Source of the DNA: Dehalococcoidia bacterium
GTDB taxonomy: Bacteria; Chloroflexota; Dehalococcoidia; Lucifugimonadales; UBA3495
Direction: 5' to 3'
DNA: 64,000 nt
NCBI GenBank assembly: GCA_965232895.1
Contig: OZ247430.1
Span: 2,730,111 to 2,794,110 of the forward strand
Under the pieces are notes generated by a model. That model was not told the origin of the DNA and did not search any database. It saw only the letters and a list, made by a program, of their open reading frames with translations. Position numbers and translations under genes: made by a program. Positions 8,503-17,642 of the stretch are shown here, in pieces; position 1 is the first letter of the stretch; every line of letters begins with the position of its first letter.

Positions 8503-9183
8503 TTGCCGTTTGTCCACAAGCTGTTGATCGTTCGTCGGGTGGTTGGCTGCCGGCTGCTGCTTGCGCTCGGGGCGATTGATGACACTTCGCGCTTTTTTGG
8601 CAGACTTCGTCCGGTGTACTATGCCGGCATGGAAGTACCGCACTACTGGACGGCCGAGCAGGTTCAGCGTCTTTTGGATGCGCTGGCCAGCAACAACCGG
8701 CACCAGGCGCGCACCGCGGCGCTCATCATGTGGCGCACCGGTCTGCGTGTCTTGGAGGTGCTCGAGCTTGAGTGGCGTGATTTGAACTACGCCGGCGATC
8801 CGGCGACGCTGTTGGTCCGTCACTCAAAGACACGGAAGGCGCGCACTGTGCGGATGCACGGAGAGCTCGTGCAGCTCTTCACGAACTGGTCGGCAAGCCG
8901 GTCGCCGCGGGTCAAGGTGGTGGCTATTAGCATGCGGACCGTGTTGCGGCACATCGCGGACGCGGTGGTGGCCAGCGGCCTCGACGAGGAGGCACCTGGG
9001 ACCGGGAAGCGGCGCCCTGGGGCTCACAGCCTTCGGCACAGTGCGGCCCGGCACTGGCTGATGGTCGGGAAGGTGCCGCTGAACGTGGTCAGCGCCTGGC
9101 TGGGGCACGCCAACGTGCAGGTGACGCTCCGGATTTATTTACCGATTGTCGGGACGGACTACGTGATGGAAGCCGTTCCGTGA
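8503..9183 (+). CDS. Tyrosine recombinase/integrase (short, catalytic domain)
   Basis: Catalytic motifs WRTGLRVLEVLEL (Arg I), HSLRHSAARHWL (H-x-x-R) and GHANVQVTLRIYLPIV (Tyr). The true start is uncertain (possibly MEVPHYW near 8629). Confidence 0.8.
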   Translation: MPFVHKLLIVRRVVGCRLLLALGAIDDTSRFFGRLRPVYYAGMEVPHYWTAEQVQRLLDALASNNRHQARTAALIMWRTGLRVLEVLELEWRDLNYAGDPATLLVRHSKTRKARTVRMHGELVQLFTNWSASRSPRVKVVAISMRTVLRHIADAVVASGLDEEAPGTGKRRPGAHSLRHSAARHWLMVGKVPLNVVSAWLGHANVQVTLRIYLPIVGTDYVMEAVP

Positions 9184-9281
9184 TTCAGGTCGACATCGTT
9201 TGGCGATGGCCCTGCGCGCAGTTGCCCGCGGGGCTTTGTTTGTTGTGCGGAGGGTGCTCGCGTTATCGATAAATCGGGAGG

Positions 9282-9782
9282 GTGGGTGGTGTGGAAAATG
9301 GGGGCACGGACAAGCCCCTGACGGTAACACCTGTGGATCTCGGTCTCGTCGCCACGGACTGGTGGCGAGAAAACGAAGCGCGCCGGCTGCCTGGTGAGGG
9401 GAGCGGGTACACGGTTTTCGCCGTCGAGTTCTTCGACGGTTGCGTATTTTTCGATTACACCCAGGAACTGGCCTTTGAGCGCGTTTCGGAGCTGGCGTTC
9501 TCGCCGGTCGAGATCTGGCGTGACCCATTCGTGGCGTCACACGCGGTGGCGATGGCGTACCTCGTGCGGTGCGTGGCGTCTGACCTCACCGGTAGTGATG
9601 AGCTGGAGTTGGCGGATCGCCTGGTGTTGGCGGCTCCTCGGGGCATGGCGCTGCGGGGGAGACGGGTGCTGGAGCACCCCGAGTGTTTCCTGGGCGAGAA
9701 CGCTATGGAGCCGGTGTCGATGAGCTTCGGGGAGTGGGTCCAGACCCGCGAAACGGTCGAGACCGGGCGTTCTCCCAGTTGA
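9282..9782 (+). CDS. Hypothetical protein
   Basis: 166-aa ORF with an acidic, Trp-containing, protein-like composition. No recognisable domain. Confidence 0.35.
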   Translation: MGGVENGGTDKPLTVTPVDLGLVATDWWRENEARRLPGEGSGYTVFAVEFFDGCVFFDYTQELAFERVSELAFSPVEIWRDPFVASHAVAMAYLVRCVASDLTGSDELELADRLVLAAPRGMALRGRRVLEHPECFLGENAMEPVSMSFGEWVQTRETVETGRSPS

Positions 9783-10298
9783 GACATCCCTTAACAGGTA
9801 TTAGCGGGCGTCGTATGGCTGCCGCCCTTGGAGCCCATCCTGCCTGCCGTTCAAAGTGGCGGCGTTGGACCGGGTCGGAGCCGGCAGCGTCACGTGGTTG
9901 GTCGCGGCGGGCGTGATGCCTTGGCGGGCACTGTATCGGGCTTCGCCTGCAACCAGGCCGCCGTCTTGATGCCCGTCGGTCTGGCTCGCCGCTTGTTGCC
10001 AGCGATGCCTCAAACGATGGTTCCGTCGCCACCCACGAGGAGTTGCACCGCTTCGGGTCGTCAACCGTTTCCGCGCGGTTGCAATCGTGCCAAACCCGCA
10101 CGCGTTTGTACGCGGGTCGACGATATTCAGGTCGCGCCGGTCAGTGGCCCCTGCAGTTCCCGCCGGCGCGTACATTGCCTTTCCCGCTCCGCCGCGATGC
10201 CGTGCCCAGTGTTCGGACGGATACCGCACTAAACGTCCCTTTGCGTAGCGCCCTGTCGCGCCGCACCGGAGATCCGAAAGGCAATTTGCGCCGGCATG

Positions 10299-10334
10299 CT
10301 TGAAGGCCGGACCTTACTTGAAGGCCGGACCTTA
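10299..10334. repeat. Perfect 18-bp tandem direct repeat x2 (CTTGAAGGCCGGACCTTA)
   Basis: Read directly from the sequence. It lies in non-coding-looking DNA ~300 bp upstream of the ParB-like gene. Confidence 0.9.
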
Positions 10335-10625
10335 CCGGTAAACGGGATGAGAATCGATGCGGCAGAATGCCCGATAACACGAGGATACGCGAACGCCAGG
10401 AGGTGGGATGGATGCGGAAACCGATGTCGGTGGCTACGGACTTTGATCAACGTCGAGAGGGCGTTCAGGAGGTGGTCGTCCGCATCCGGGGACAACCGTA
10501 TACGGCCCGCAATGCGATCAAAAATGGATCGACTGTGGCATATCGAGGTGGGGGACCGGGGCAACTGCATCCCACTCCCCCTGGAGGACAGGCTGTCGCC
10601 GTTTCAGCGATGGCCGACAACGTAA

Positions 10626-11705
10626 TTGGCCTGGTGCGGCGTTGCGGCGCAGCGACGACTCGATGAATATGGAGCGTTGACGATGGTTACGATGGTTTCA
10701 AATGAAAAAGCGGTCAAGGACGGTCATGCAACATCGGAACCTGAAACCACGCAGGAGTTGCTGCCGCGGCATCCGCTGAGCCGGCTGGCTGGTGAACTCA
10801 CACCGGTTGAAAGGGCCGGTCTGATCGTGGAGTTGTCCGGGACCTCCACTGCCGTCGAGGTTGACGTCCTCGACGGCAGCGTCATCTACGACTGGCACCG
10901 CTATGAGGTGGCGATGGAACTGGCGAAGACCGTCGTCTACAACCGGATCGATGACGACGACCCCGCGGGTTACCTGATCGGACGCCTGGTCGGCGGGCGC
11001 TCACTGAACGGCAGCCAATGCGCGGCCATCGAGGTGACGCTGCGATCATGGCAACCAACCGGGCGGCCGAAAAAGGCTGCAAAAAGTGCAGACTTGGCCG
11101 GGAAACCGCCGCCAACCATGACCACCAAGGCCATGGCCGCAGAGGCCCGGGTCTGCGAGACCTACATCCGTATGGCCAAGCGGGTTTACCGGAACGGTGG
11201 GGAAGGCGCGATACGGAAGGTGATCGTGGGGGAAGTATCGCTGAGCGTGGTGGACGCCGTGCTCTCGGAGAGCAAACGGAGGAAAGGGTTTGCCGAAACG
11301 GACCGGGCCAGCGCGGCGCCTGATGGTGTCGGCAAAAAGCCGGCAACGGAACACATGGAAGATGACGTACCTCCGGTTACGGCCGGCGACGGTGCACTCG
11401 TTGACGGCGACGGCGAAGACACGGAAGGGCTTGCAAACTCATCCTGGGTCGCAATCGTACTGGCGCTCATGACGGAAAACCGTCGTCTCAAGAGGATCAA
11501 TCAGGACCTCGAAAACGAGAACCGGCTCCTGAGCGCGCAGGTGGCGAAGCTGTCCAGGCTCGGGTCAAAGGTTGCCCGTCAGGAGCCATCCCCAGCATCG
11601 GCGGCTCCGTCGACCGCGATGGCCGTCGCCAACTCTGTCGGAACTGGTGAGCAGGTGTCGGCGGGAGTTGGCGCCGGCGGCGATCAGATGCCGCTGGATC
11701 TCTAG
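10626..11705 (+). CDS. ParB/Srx-fold N-terminal domain protein with C-terminal coiled coil
   Basis: VEVDVLDGSVIYDWHRYEVAMELAKTVVY...SLNGSQCAAI resembles the ParB-like nuclease domain (DGhhRyeA...LnxxQrA). The C-terminus LKRINQDLENENRLLSAQVAKL is coiled coil. The start may be ~10683. Confidence 0.55.
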   Translation: MAWCGVAAQRRLDEYGALTMVTMVSNEKAVKDGHATSEPETTQELLPRHPLSRLAGELTPVERAGLIVELSGTSTAVEVDVLDGSVIYDWHRYEVAMELAKTVVYNRIDDDDPAGYLIGRLVGGRSLNGSQCAAIEVTLRSWQPTGRPKKAAKSADLAGKPPPTMTTKAMAAEARVCETYIRMAKRVYRNGGEGAIRKVIVGEVSLSVVDAVLSESKRRKGFAETDRASAAPDGVGKKPATEHMEDDVPPVTAGDGALVDGDGEDTEGLANSSWVAIVLALMTENRRLKRINQDLENENRLLSAQVAKLSRLGSKVARQEPSPASAAPSTAMAVANSVGTGEQVSAGVGAGGDQMPLDL

Positions 11706-11881
11706 ACGGATCAAATCATCGCCTTGAATGCGCTCGGCTCGTGCCGCCGAGCATTCTGTTTTTTGTGACGCCGCAGGGAACCGCCAACTTGGACTCGCAG
11801 CGTGGATGTCGCTGGCGGGGTGTTCATCTTCCCAAGATCGCCATGCGTTAGTTCTGCGGCAGTCTCCAGAGGCGGATCTGT

Positions 11882-12677
11882 TCAAATGGTCCAAACCTCC
11901 TGCCTGAGGCGGCCGACCACCATGTCGACGCTCTGGAGGCAGGAGTCAAAGACCTCCGGAGCGGAGGAGATCTCGGTCTGACCGACGTCCTCGCCGTGCG
12001 CCCGGTCGAAGTAGGCGTCCAGGGGAAACAAAAGCATCGTCGGCAATCCGTGCTCTTGGTGATGAGCAATGTCTCGCTGCGGCGCAACTCATGGCCGATC
12101 ACCACCGGTCTTCCGGCGACCACGCGGTCTGGGCGAGAGGGGTCCGCCGGATCCGGTATCGACTGAAACGAAGTTGATCCGGCCCATGAGTGCCGGGCCA
12201 CAGTACGGTGGCCGTCAGGAGCAGCCGGTGCTTGTCCGGGTTGCAGATGTCCCCAGGCAGGGCCAGGCCCCGGGAGACCTGGCGGAGGTCGGCCCGGCAA
12301 TGGTTGTCGGTCTGCCGGCACGGCTGCACCGCCGTGATGTAGCCTCGGGCAAGGTCGTCCACTTCGCGCAATTGCCTGGCCAAGCGCCGGCCCGCTGTGG
12401 GTTTCCCCACCGGAAACCGGTGGTGTCACCCGGGACATTCACTGCCGCCGCGATAGACCCAATGGTGGTGGCCCTCACGCTCCTCGGGCACGAAGAGGCG
12501 GGCGAGTTCGGAGCAGAGTTCGGCGATGTCGGTCCCGAGGCGGCGCAACTGGAGCTTGGCCGGCGCGACCGTGGCGTCCACGGCGTCCGGCCTGTTCATC
12601 AACGACTGCCGCTCACTGGTGTTGTGGAAATGGGCAGGGACAGGGTTGCGGATTGGATCAAGAACAACCACCGCGCC
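11882..12677 (-). pseudogene. Decayed region: P-loop-like ORFs broken by in-frame TGA codons and a frameshift
   Basis: Minus-frame ORFs 12426-12671 and 12099-12410 share one frame, separated by TGA. FPVGKPTAGRRLARQL is Walker-A-like. A protein-like C-terminus (LLFPLDAYFDRAHGEDVGQTEISSAPEVFDSCLQSVDMVVGRLRQEVWTI*) lies in another frame and ends at 11882. Confidence 0.3.
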
Positions 12678-12843
12678 TCAAACGGACGACACGTCGCCTC
12701 CGAGGATGATGCGGACGCCGCCGCCGGCCGCAACCGCCAGCCCCAATGGGCCCAGGTGGGTGATGTCGGTGTTGTGCCCGAGGTCGGCAAGGACAGGCTG
12801 GGTATGTGCAGCGTTTCCAGGAAATCGGTCCTGGCTCACATCG
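12648..12843. repeat. 196-bp direct repeat, copy A (duplicate of the UvrD-like gene 3' end)
   Basis: Aligns by hand to 13908-14103 at an offset of exactly 1260 bp. About 23 mismatches in total; the core 12701-12780 has 1 mismatch. Confidence 0.9.
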
Positions 12844-13383
12844 TGAGGGCGTGAGGTAGTAGACAACGTGGTGTGGGCCGCGGCTGATGGTGATGGCGCC
12901 GTCTGCGCTGAGGCGGTCGGCCCAGCGGCGTACGGACCGAACGCTGGCCTGGCATTTCCGGGCCAGGTCAGTCTGTTTGATGCGGACGCAATTCTCGTCG
13001 GCGGCGAGTTCAGCGAGCTTGCTGTGGAAGGCGGAGATACCTTCGGTGTTGTACGGTGCGCGATTGGATGTGGGCGCTGGGCTGGCAGATGGGGGCGGCG
13101 TCTGCGCCGGAGGGTCGGCAGCGCCGTCGAGGATCGCGGCTGCCAGGGGCAATAGCCGTATGGTGTAGCCGTGGCGACTACGCTGGAACTCGATGATGGC
13201 GTCGTCCTGAAGCGTGTCAAGCCGGCGTGAGACGGTGCGCGTATGGACGCCAAGGTGCTCGGCGAGGACCCCGGGTTTGACGGTGAATGGCGCCTGGTCT
13301 GCGGGCGCGAGCGCAGAGAGGCGAGATAGCGTTGTTAGGGCCCTGGCCTGTCTGCCGTTGAGCCGGCGGGGGTTTGCTTCCAT
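12658..13383 (-). CDS. Tandem winged-HTH DNA-binding protein; C-terminus reads into repeat copy A
   Basis: Start MEANPRRLNG (ATG 13383). Two HTH units: GVLAEHLGVHTRTVSRRLDTLQDDAIIEF and QTDLARKCQASVRSVRRWADRLSADGAITI. The last ~60 aa are low-complexity read-through into the repeat. Confidence 0.55.
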   Translation of the reverse strand: MEANPRRLNGRQARALTTLSRLSALAPADQAPFTVKPGVLAEHLGVHTRTVSRRLDTLQDDAIIEFQRSRHGYTIRLLPLAAAILDGAADPPAQTPPPSASPAPTSNRAPYNTEGISAFHSKLAELAADENCVRIKQTDLARKCQASVRSVRRWADRLSADGAITISRGPHHVVYYLTPSRCEPGPISWKRCTYPACPCRPRAQHRHHPPGPIGAGGCGRRRRPHHPRRRRVVRLRRGGCS

Positions 13384-13907
13384 GTGAAAATCATGGTTAT
13401 GGCCCGTCGAAATGGCCTGTCGAGCAGGGCTTGGCGGTGGTGTGCAGAAGAATTGTAATAGGAATTGTGCAAAGATGTGCAATAGGCAGGAGCCGGGTTT
13501 CGGGCGAAATGGGAATGATTTTGCCGGCGTATTGGTCGATATTGAGTATGGACGTGCGGGCAATTTGATTTACGCCGGCGGCGATCATAAAAACCCCAGT
13601 TTTTGACTTCAATAAAAACAGGGGGGTTGTTAAGGAAGTGGAACTTATTTAGGCATGAGGAGCGTAAATGAGATTTACAGGGTTAAGTGTCGTGAGCGGA
13701 GGCCGGGATGGGAACGAAATGAGGGGAAGAAAAATGAGGGATCGGCATGTCGTGTCGGCGTTGGTCGGGGCCGTTGGTCTGCTGAGGGAACGACGGAGGA
13801 TGAGGCCAGTCCCGATCGGCGGATGGAGGGTGTTCCGGGTCGGGCAGGAAGGCGAACTGGCAGAAGCTGATCAGTTCGCTACTGACCGAATCGTAGACCA
13901 TCGACAT

Positions 13908-14103
13908 GCGGGCTGGATCAAAGATAACCACCGCGCCTCAGACGCTCGACATGTCGCCGCCGAGGATGATGCGGACGCCGCCACCGGCCGCAACCGCCAG
14001 CCCCAATGGGCCCAGGTGGGTGATGTCGGTGTTGTGCCCGCCGCTGGCAGGAACAGGCTGGGTATGTGCGGCGTTTCCAGGAAATAGATTTAGGCTCACA
14101 TCG
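13908..14103. repeat. 196-bp direct repeat, copy B (native 3' end of the UvrD-like gene)
   Basis: See copy A. This copy encodes the last ~55 aa of the helicase ORF. Confidence 0.9.
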
Positions 14104-15698
14104 GTCCAGACGGGCGCGCCGGCCAGCGCCGGCAGGAACGCCGGGTCGGGATGGGAGGCGGTGAGCGCCAGGAGACGCCTGGCCCGGGAGAAGGCCACGT
14201 AGTACTGGCGCCTGAGGTCGAACTCGTCGACCCGGTCCGGAGGTTCGCCGTCGGGTTCGGGGCGAAATTGCCCCAGGTCCCGGTCCAGGCGGTCCGGCCA
14301 CTGCCGGAACCGGCGCGGCAGACCCACCGCCACCACCGGCCACTCCCGGCCCTTGGCCTGGTGGATGGTGGTGAGCAGCACATGGTCCTGCGGCTGCTGC
14401 TTTCCGGACACCGTTTCGTCAGCATCCGGTCCGTCGCGGCCGGCGACGAGGTGAACCGGTATGCCGGCGCTGCGGAAGGCGTCCACGTAGGGCTGGGAGT
14501 GCCTCCATTTCACGCTGGGCAGCAGGACGACGGCCTGGTTGTAGTCGGTGATGAACCCCCGCCCCCGGAGCGACACCAGCATCGCCGCCAGTTGGCCGGC
14601 CTCGTCCCGCCGGTCGGTCCCCATAATGGACACCACGGCGGGATGATCGTCGCTGGCATGGGCGGCCCTGGGCGCGATGGTCTTGTCGAAGCGGTGATCG
14701 ACGCCCCTTGGATTGCTCCAGTCGCCCGAGGCCATCCAGTGGTTGAACGCGGCCACGATGCGCCGGTGGGAGCGGTAGTTGTTGGTGAGGTACAGCAGCC
14801 GGCAGCCGGGAAGACGAGCCCTGAACCGCGTCATGTTGTCCACCCGTGCGCCGCGGAAGCGGTAGATGGCCTGGTCGTCGTCGCCCACCACGCAGATGTT
14901 GCCGTGGGCCGACGCCAGGCGCCGGAGCAGTCGCTCCTGGGCGAAGCTGGTGTCCTGGTACTCGTCCACCAGCAGGTGACGCATTCGGGCGCTGGCGTCG
15001 GCGCGTACCTGTGGGTTGTCCAGCAAAGCCAACGCCCAGGTCTGCAGGTGCGCGAAGTCCACGGCGCGTCGTTCCCAGAGGAGCTGACCGTAGCGTTGAT
15101 GACACCGGCCCAGGGCCGCCGGGAATGGCAGGCCCGACGCAATCAGCCGGCGGTGATCGATCAGGTCGTCGGAGATGCGGTCAAAGTAGCGGCGCGCCTC
15201 GACCACCGCACGCTCCGGATCGGTCCACCGGTCGTTCCCCCGGGCGAGGACGGCATGGTCCGGCCCGAAGATGTGGTCGTAGTTGGTCTCCATGAGGTCC
15301 AGCTGGTCGGCCGTGTTCAGGAGCCGGTAACCGGGCCTGAGCCCGATGGCGTTTCCGTATTGGGTGAGCAGTCGGTGGCACAGGCTGTGGATCGTGGACA
15401 CCATGACCCGGGACAGGTCTCCGGAGTGTCCGGAGGCGCGCAGCGTGGCGGTGAACCGGTTGCGCATCTCCCGGGCCGCCTCCCTGGTGAAGGTGCAGAG
15501 CGCCAGTTCGTGGGGCTTGGCCCGGTCCGTGAGGACCAGGTTGGCGGCCCGGTCGGCGATGCAGGTGGTCTTGCCGGAACCGGGACCGGCGACCACCTGC
15601 AACGGCCCGTCGCCGTGGGCGATGACCTCCATCTGTTGTGGATCTAGTTCGGGGTGCAGGCGGCTGATGATGGGACTTACCATTGGCTGTGGTTCCAT
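13938..15698 (-). CDS. UvrD/Rep/PcrA-family superfamily-1 helicase
   Basis: Helicase motifs VVAGPGSGKTT, LLVDEYQDTS, VVGDDDQAIYRFRGA, TIHQAKGREWPVV, YVAFSRARRLL. Start chosen at MEPQPMVSPII (15698 or 15683). Confidence 0.85.
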   Translation of the reverse strand: MEPQPMVSPIISRLHPELDPQQMEVIAHGDGPLQVVAGPGSGKTTCIADRAANLVLTDRAKPHELALCTFTREAAREMRNRFTATLRASGHSGDLSRVMVSTIHSLCHRLLTQYGNAIGLRPGYRLLNTADQLDLMETNYDHIFGPDHAVLARGNDRWTDPERAVVEARRYFDRISDDLIDHRRLIASGLPFPAALGRCHQRYGQLLWERRAVDFAHLQTWALALLDNPQVRADASARMRHLLVDEYQDTSFAQERLLRRLASAHGNICVVGDDDQAIYRFRGARVDNMTRFRARLPGCRLLYLTNNYRSHRRIVAAFNHWMASGDWSNPRGVDHRFDKTIAPRAAHASDDHPAVVSIMGTDRRDEAGQLAAMLVSLRGRGFITDYNQAVVLLPSVKWRHSQPYVDAFRSAGIPVHLVAGRDGPDADETVSGKQQPQDHVLLTTIHQAKGREWPVVAVGLPRRFRQWPDRLDRDLGQFRPEPDGEPPDRVDEFDLRRQYYVAFSRARRLLALTASHPDPAFLPALAGAPVWTDVSLNLFPGNAAHTQPVPASGGHNTDITHLGPLGLAVAAGGGVRIILGGDMSSV

Positions 15699-15795
15699 TT
15701 CGGCGGTCGGGATGTTGCAGAACGCTACGACGTGTTGCTTGGGCGAGCGAGCAAAGGGCGCCCGTTGGCGCGATCGCGCTTGCGGCGAAACGCCG

Positions 15796-16656
15796 TCAGT
15801 CCCGCTCTGCGGTGGGCGGATGCGGAAGCTGGGGCGGCGCGCCCGTTTCGCCAAAGGGCGCTGAGGGCTCCCGGGCCGGCATCGTCTCGGCCGATGGGTG
15901 CGAGCACGGTTTGGCCGGCGACGCCGGCGACAGCGACGCGATGATGGCCGGCAGGTCCTCCGTGGAGTTGAAGTTCAGGATCAGGGGACCGTAGTTGTGG
16001 ATCACCACGGAGGCGGCGCCCATCTCCATCTGGGTGGGCACGCCGGGCGCCTCCGGTTCAGGAGATCCCCGCCGGGCGGAGGGAGGCGGAGACAGCGGTT
16101 CCCGGTACAGCATGGCGTGGACCTCGTTCTCGATGTGGGCCCCGGTCGGCGGGTGACGGACGACGTGGGTTGCCGCTATCTGTTCCAGCCGGACGCTCGG
16201 GTCCTCGCCGCGCCACACCAGGTGCACGCCCTTCACGCTGGCCAGGGCTTCGATCTGGGGATCCCGGTCCATGTCGGGGAAGATCAGCACCGGGATGGTG
16301 TAGATGTAGAAACCCAGCACTGATCCCAGCACATCGTGGACGGACATGGCGCCGTCCCAGGTCTGGACCACCGGTGAGGGCCGTTCTTCCAGGGACCCGT
16401 CCGGCGCGACGAGGCGCCAGTTGTGGTTCTGGATGACGTATCGGCCACCCTTGACCTGGATGGCAAAACGGCCCAGGTTTTCCACCCACAGCTGGATGTC
16501 CACCTCCTGCGTGTTGGCGCCGGCCTTCCATTCGTAGATCGCGGTGCCCTGCAGGTGGCTGTTGGCCAGGTGGTCCAGCACCGACATCTCGGCGCGGCGC
16601 TTGGGGTCGTTGCGCCGCTCTTCGGGCAGCGGGCTGGGATGGATCGTGATGCTCAT
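15796..16656 (-). CDS. NERD-domain (nuclease-related) protein
   Basis: E...VLDHL...EVDIQLWVENLGRFAIQVKGG fits the NERD D/E...K core. It lies directly upstream of, and co-oriented with, the UvrD-like helicase, a recurrent pairing. Confidence 0.6.
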   Translation of the reverse strand: MSITIHPSPLPEERRNDPKRRAEMSVLDHLANSHLQGTAIYEWKAGANTQEVDIQLWVENLGRFAIQVKGGRYVIQNHNWRLVAPDGSLEERPSPVVQTWDGAMSVHDVLGSVLGFYIYTIPVLIFPDMDRDPQIEALASVKGVHLVWRGEDPSVRLEQIAATHVVRHPPTGAHIENEVHAMLYREPLSPPPSARRGSPEPEAPGVPTQMEMGAASVVIHNYGPLILNFNSTEDLPAIIASLSPASPAKPCSHPSAETMPAREPSAPFGETGAPPQLPHPPTAERD

Positions 16657-17410
16657 GTTTGCAATTCTCCTTGATGTTGGATGACATTGTTGTTGGCGAT
16701 GTTGGCGATGTTGTGATGGCTGGCGCGAGCGGCGCGAGGCGGACCGGGTCGGGGCAGCTGCGGGGCGGCGCTTTTATGTTGGTGAGGCCATGCGGTTCCT
16801 CCAGGGCATGGCGTGTGTGCGGAAGGTTGATCGGCGGATCGCCCGCGGTGATGTAGGCCAGGGGCCGGGTGAACCTCTGCGATTCTTGTATCAGGGTCGC
16901 GCGGATGCGCTGGGGCCGCCATACGTGCGGGCATCGGTCTCGGTGTCGGCGAAGCGAACCGCCGGCATGGAGGTCACCCGCTACGTCTGCACCGGAATTT
17001 GGTCAAACCCGATGTCGAACCAGGCGGCCTGGGCACCGCCTATCCTGACCATCAAACCCAACCCACTGGCGGCCGCGGCCGAACTTCCTGATGCGGGCCT
17101 CGGCAAGAGGAGGATGCGGGTCGAAGCCACATCGACCGCGCCATGCCGCAGGGTGTCCTCCCGTCGTCATTTGGGCGCGCTCACGCAACATTCGCAGCGT
17201 CGACACCGACGGACACGGCTCCAAGCACCGCTGTGCGGTCTGGCTGTACGGTCCGGTCCGGTCCGCTGCTCCTGGGAAGGGGTCAGCCTGAGGTTGTTGG
17301 CCGATGCGGGTCCCAGCCCGGCTGTCTGGTTGGGCACCGGGCCGGCTACTGGCGGCTATGGTCTGGGTTCGCCGATTGCGCGGTGTGGGGAGACTGGGTT
17401 TAGGGGGCTT

Positions 17411-17447
17411 TGCACAAATAATCGGTTTTGAGGCGATTATTTGTGCA
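17411..17447. repeat. Perfect 14-bp inverted repeat TGCACAAATAATCG-N9-CGATTATTTGTGCA
   Basis: Read directly. It is an AT-rich hairpin/palindrome in GC-rich, apparently non-coding DNA. Confidence 0.9.
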
Positions 17448-17642
17448 GGTTAGACCCAAAACCATTGTTTTACGCTCACTCTTCATGTGGAACGTGAGGG
17501 TGGTCGGTGTGGTGTCAATGCCGACCGGCGCACTCGTCCCGGTGTAGTCGGCGAAGCGTGGGGGCGGCTACCGCGACCTGACCAGTGTGAGCGTCGCGAT
17601 GTGCTACGGCTTGTCTTGTGTCTGGGGTTGGCACCGGGTCGG

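Noticed and set aside
9801-10625. Overlapping ORFs on both strands (9828-10232+, 9801-10229-, 9703-10101-, 10229-10570-, 10367-10666+)
   Set aside because: No frame shows a protein-like composition or motifs. The region is treated as intergenic or degenerate DNA upstream of the ParB-like gene.
12099-12680. In-frame TGA codons as evidence of stop-codon reassignment or selenocysteine
   Set aside because: TGA terminates conserved genes at their expected ends in this same window (for example rpsL and rplN), and no SECIS-like context was seen. Pseudogene decay is simpler.
12069-12854. 261-aa plus-strand ORF
   Set aside because: It has an antisense-shadow composition. I used it only as evidence that the minus-strand frame was once coding.
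16659-17431. ORFs 16790-17431(+), 16653-16934(-) and 17003-17224(-) as genes
   Set aside because: They are Arg/Pro/Gly/Cys-rich with no motifs, no ribosome-binding sites and mutually overlapping frames. The region is left unannotated.
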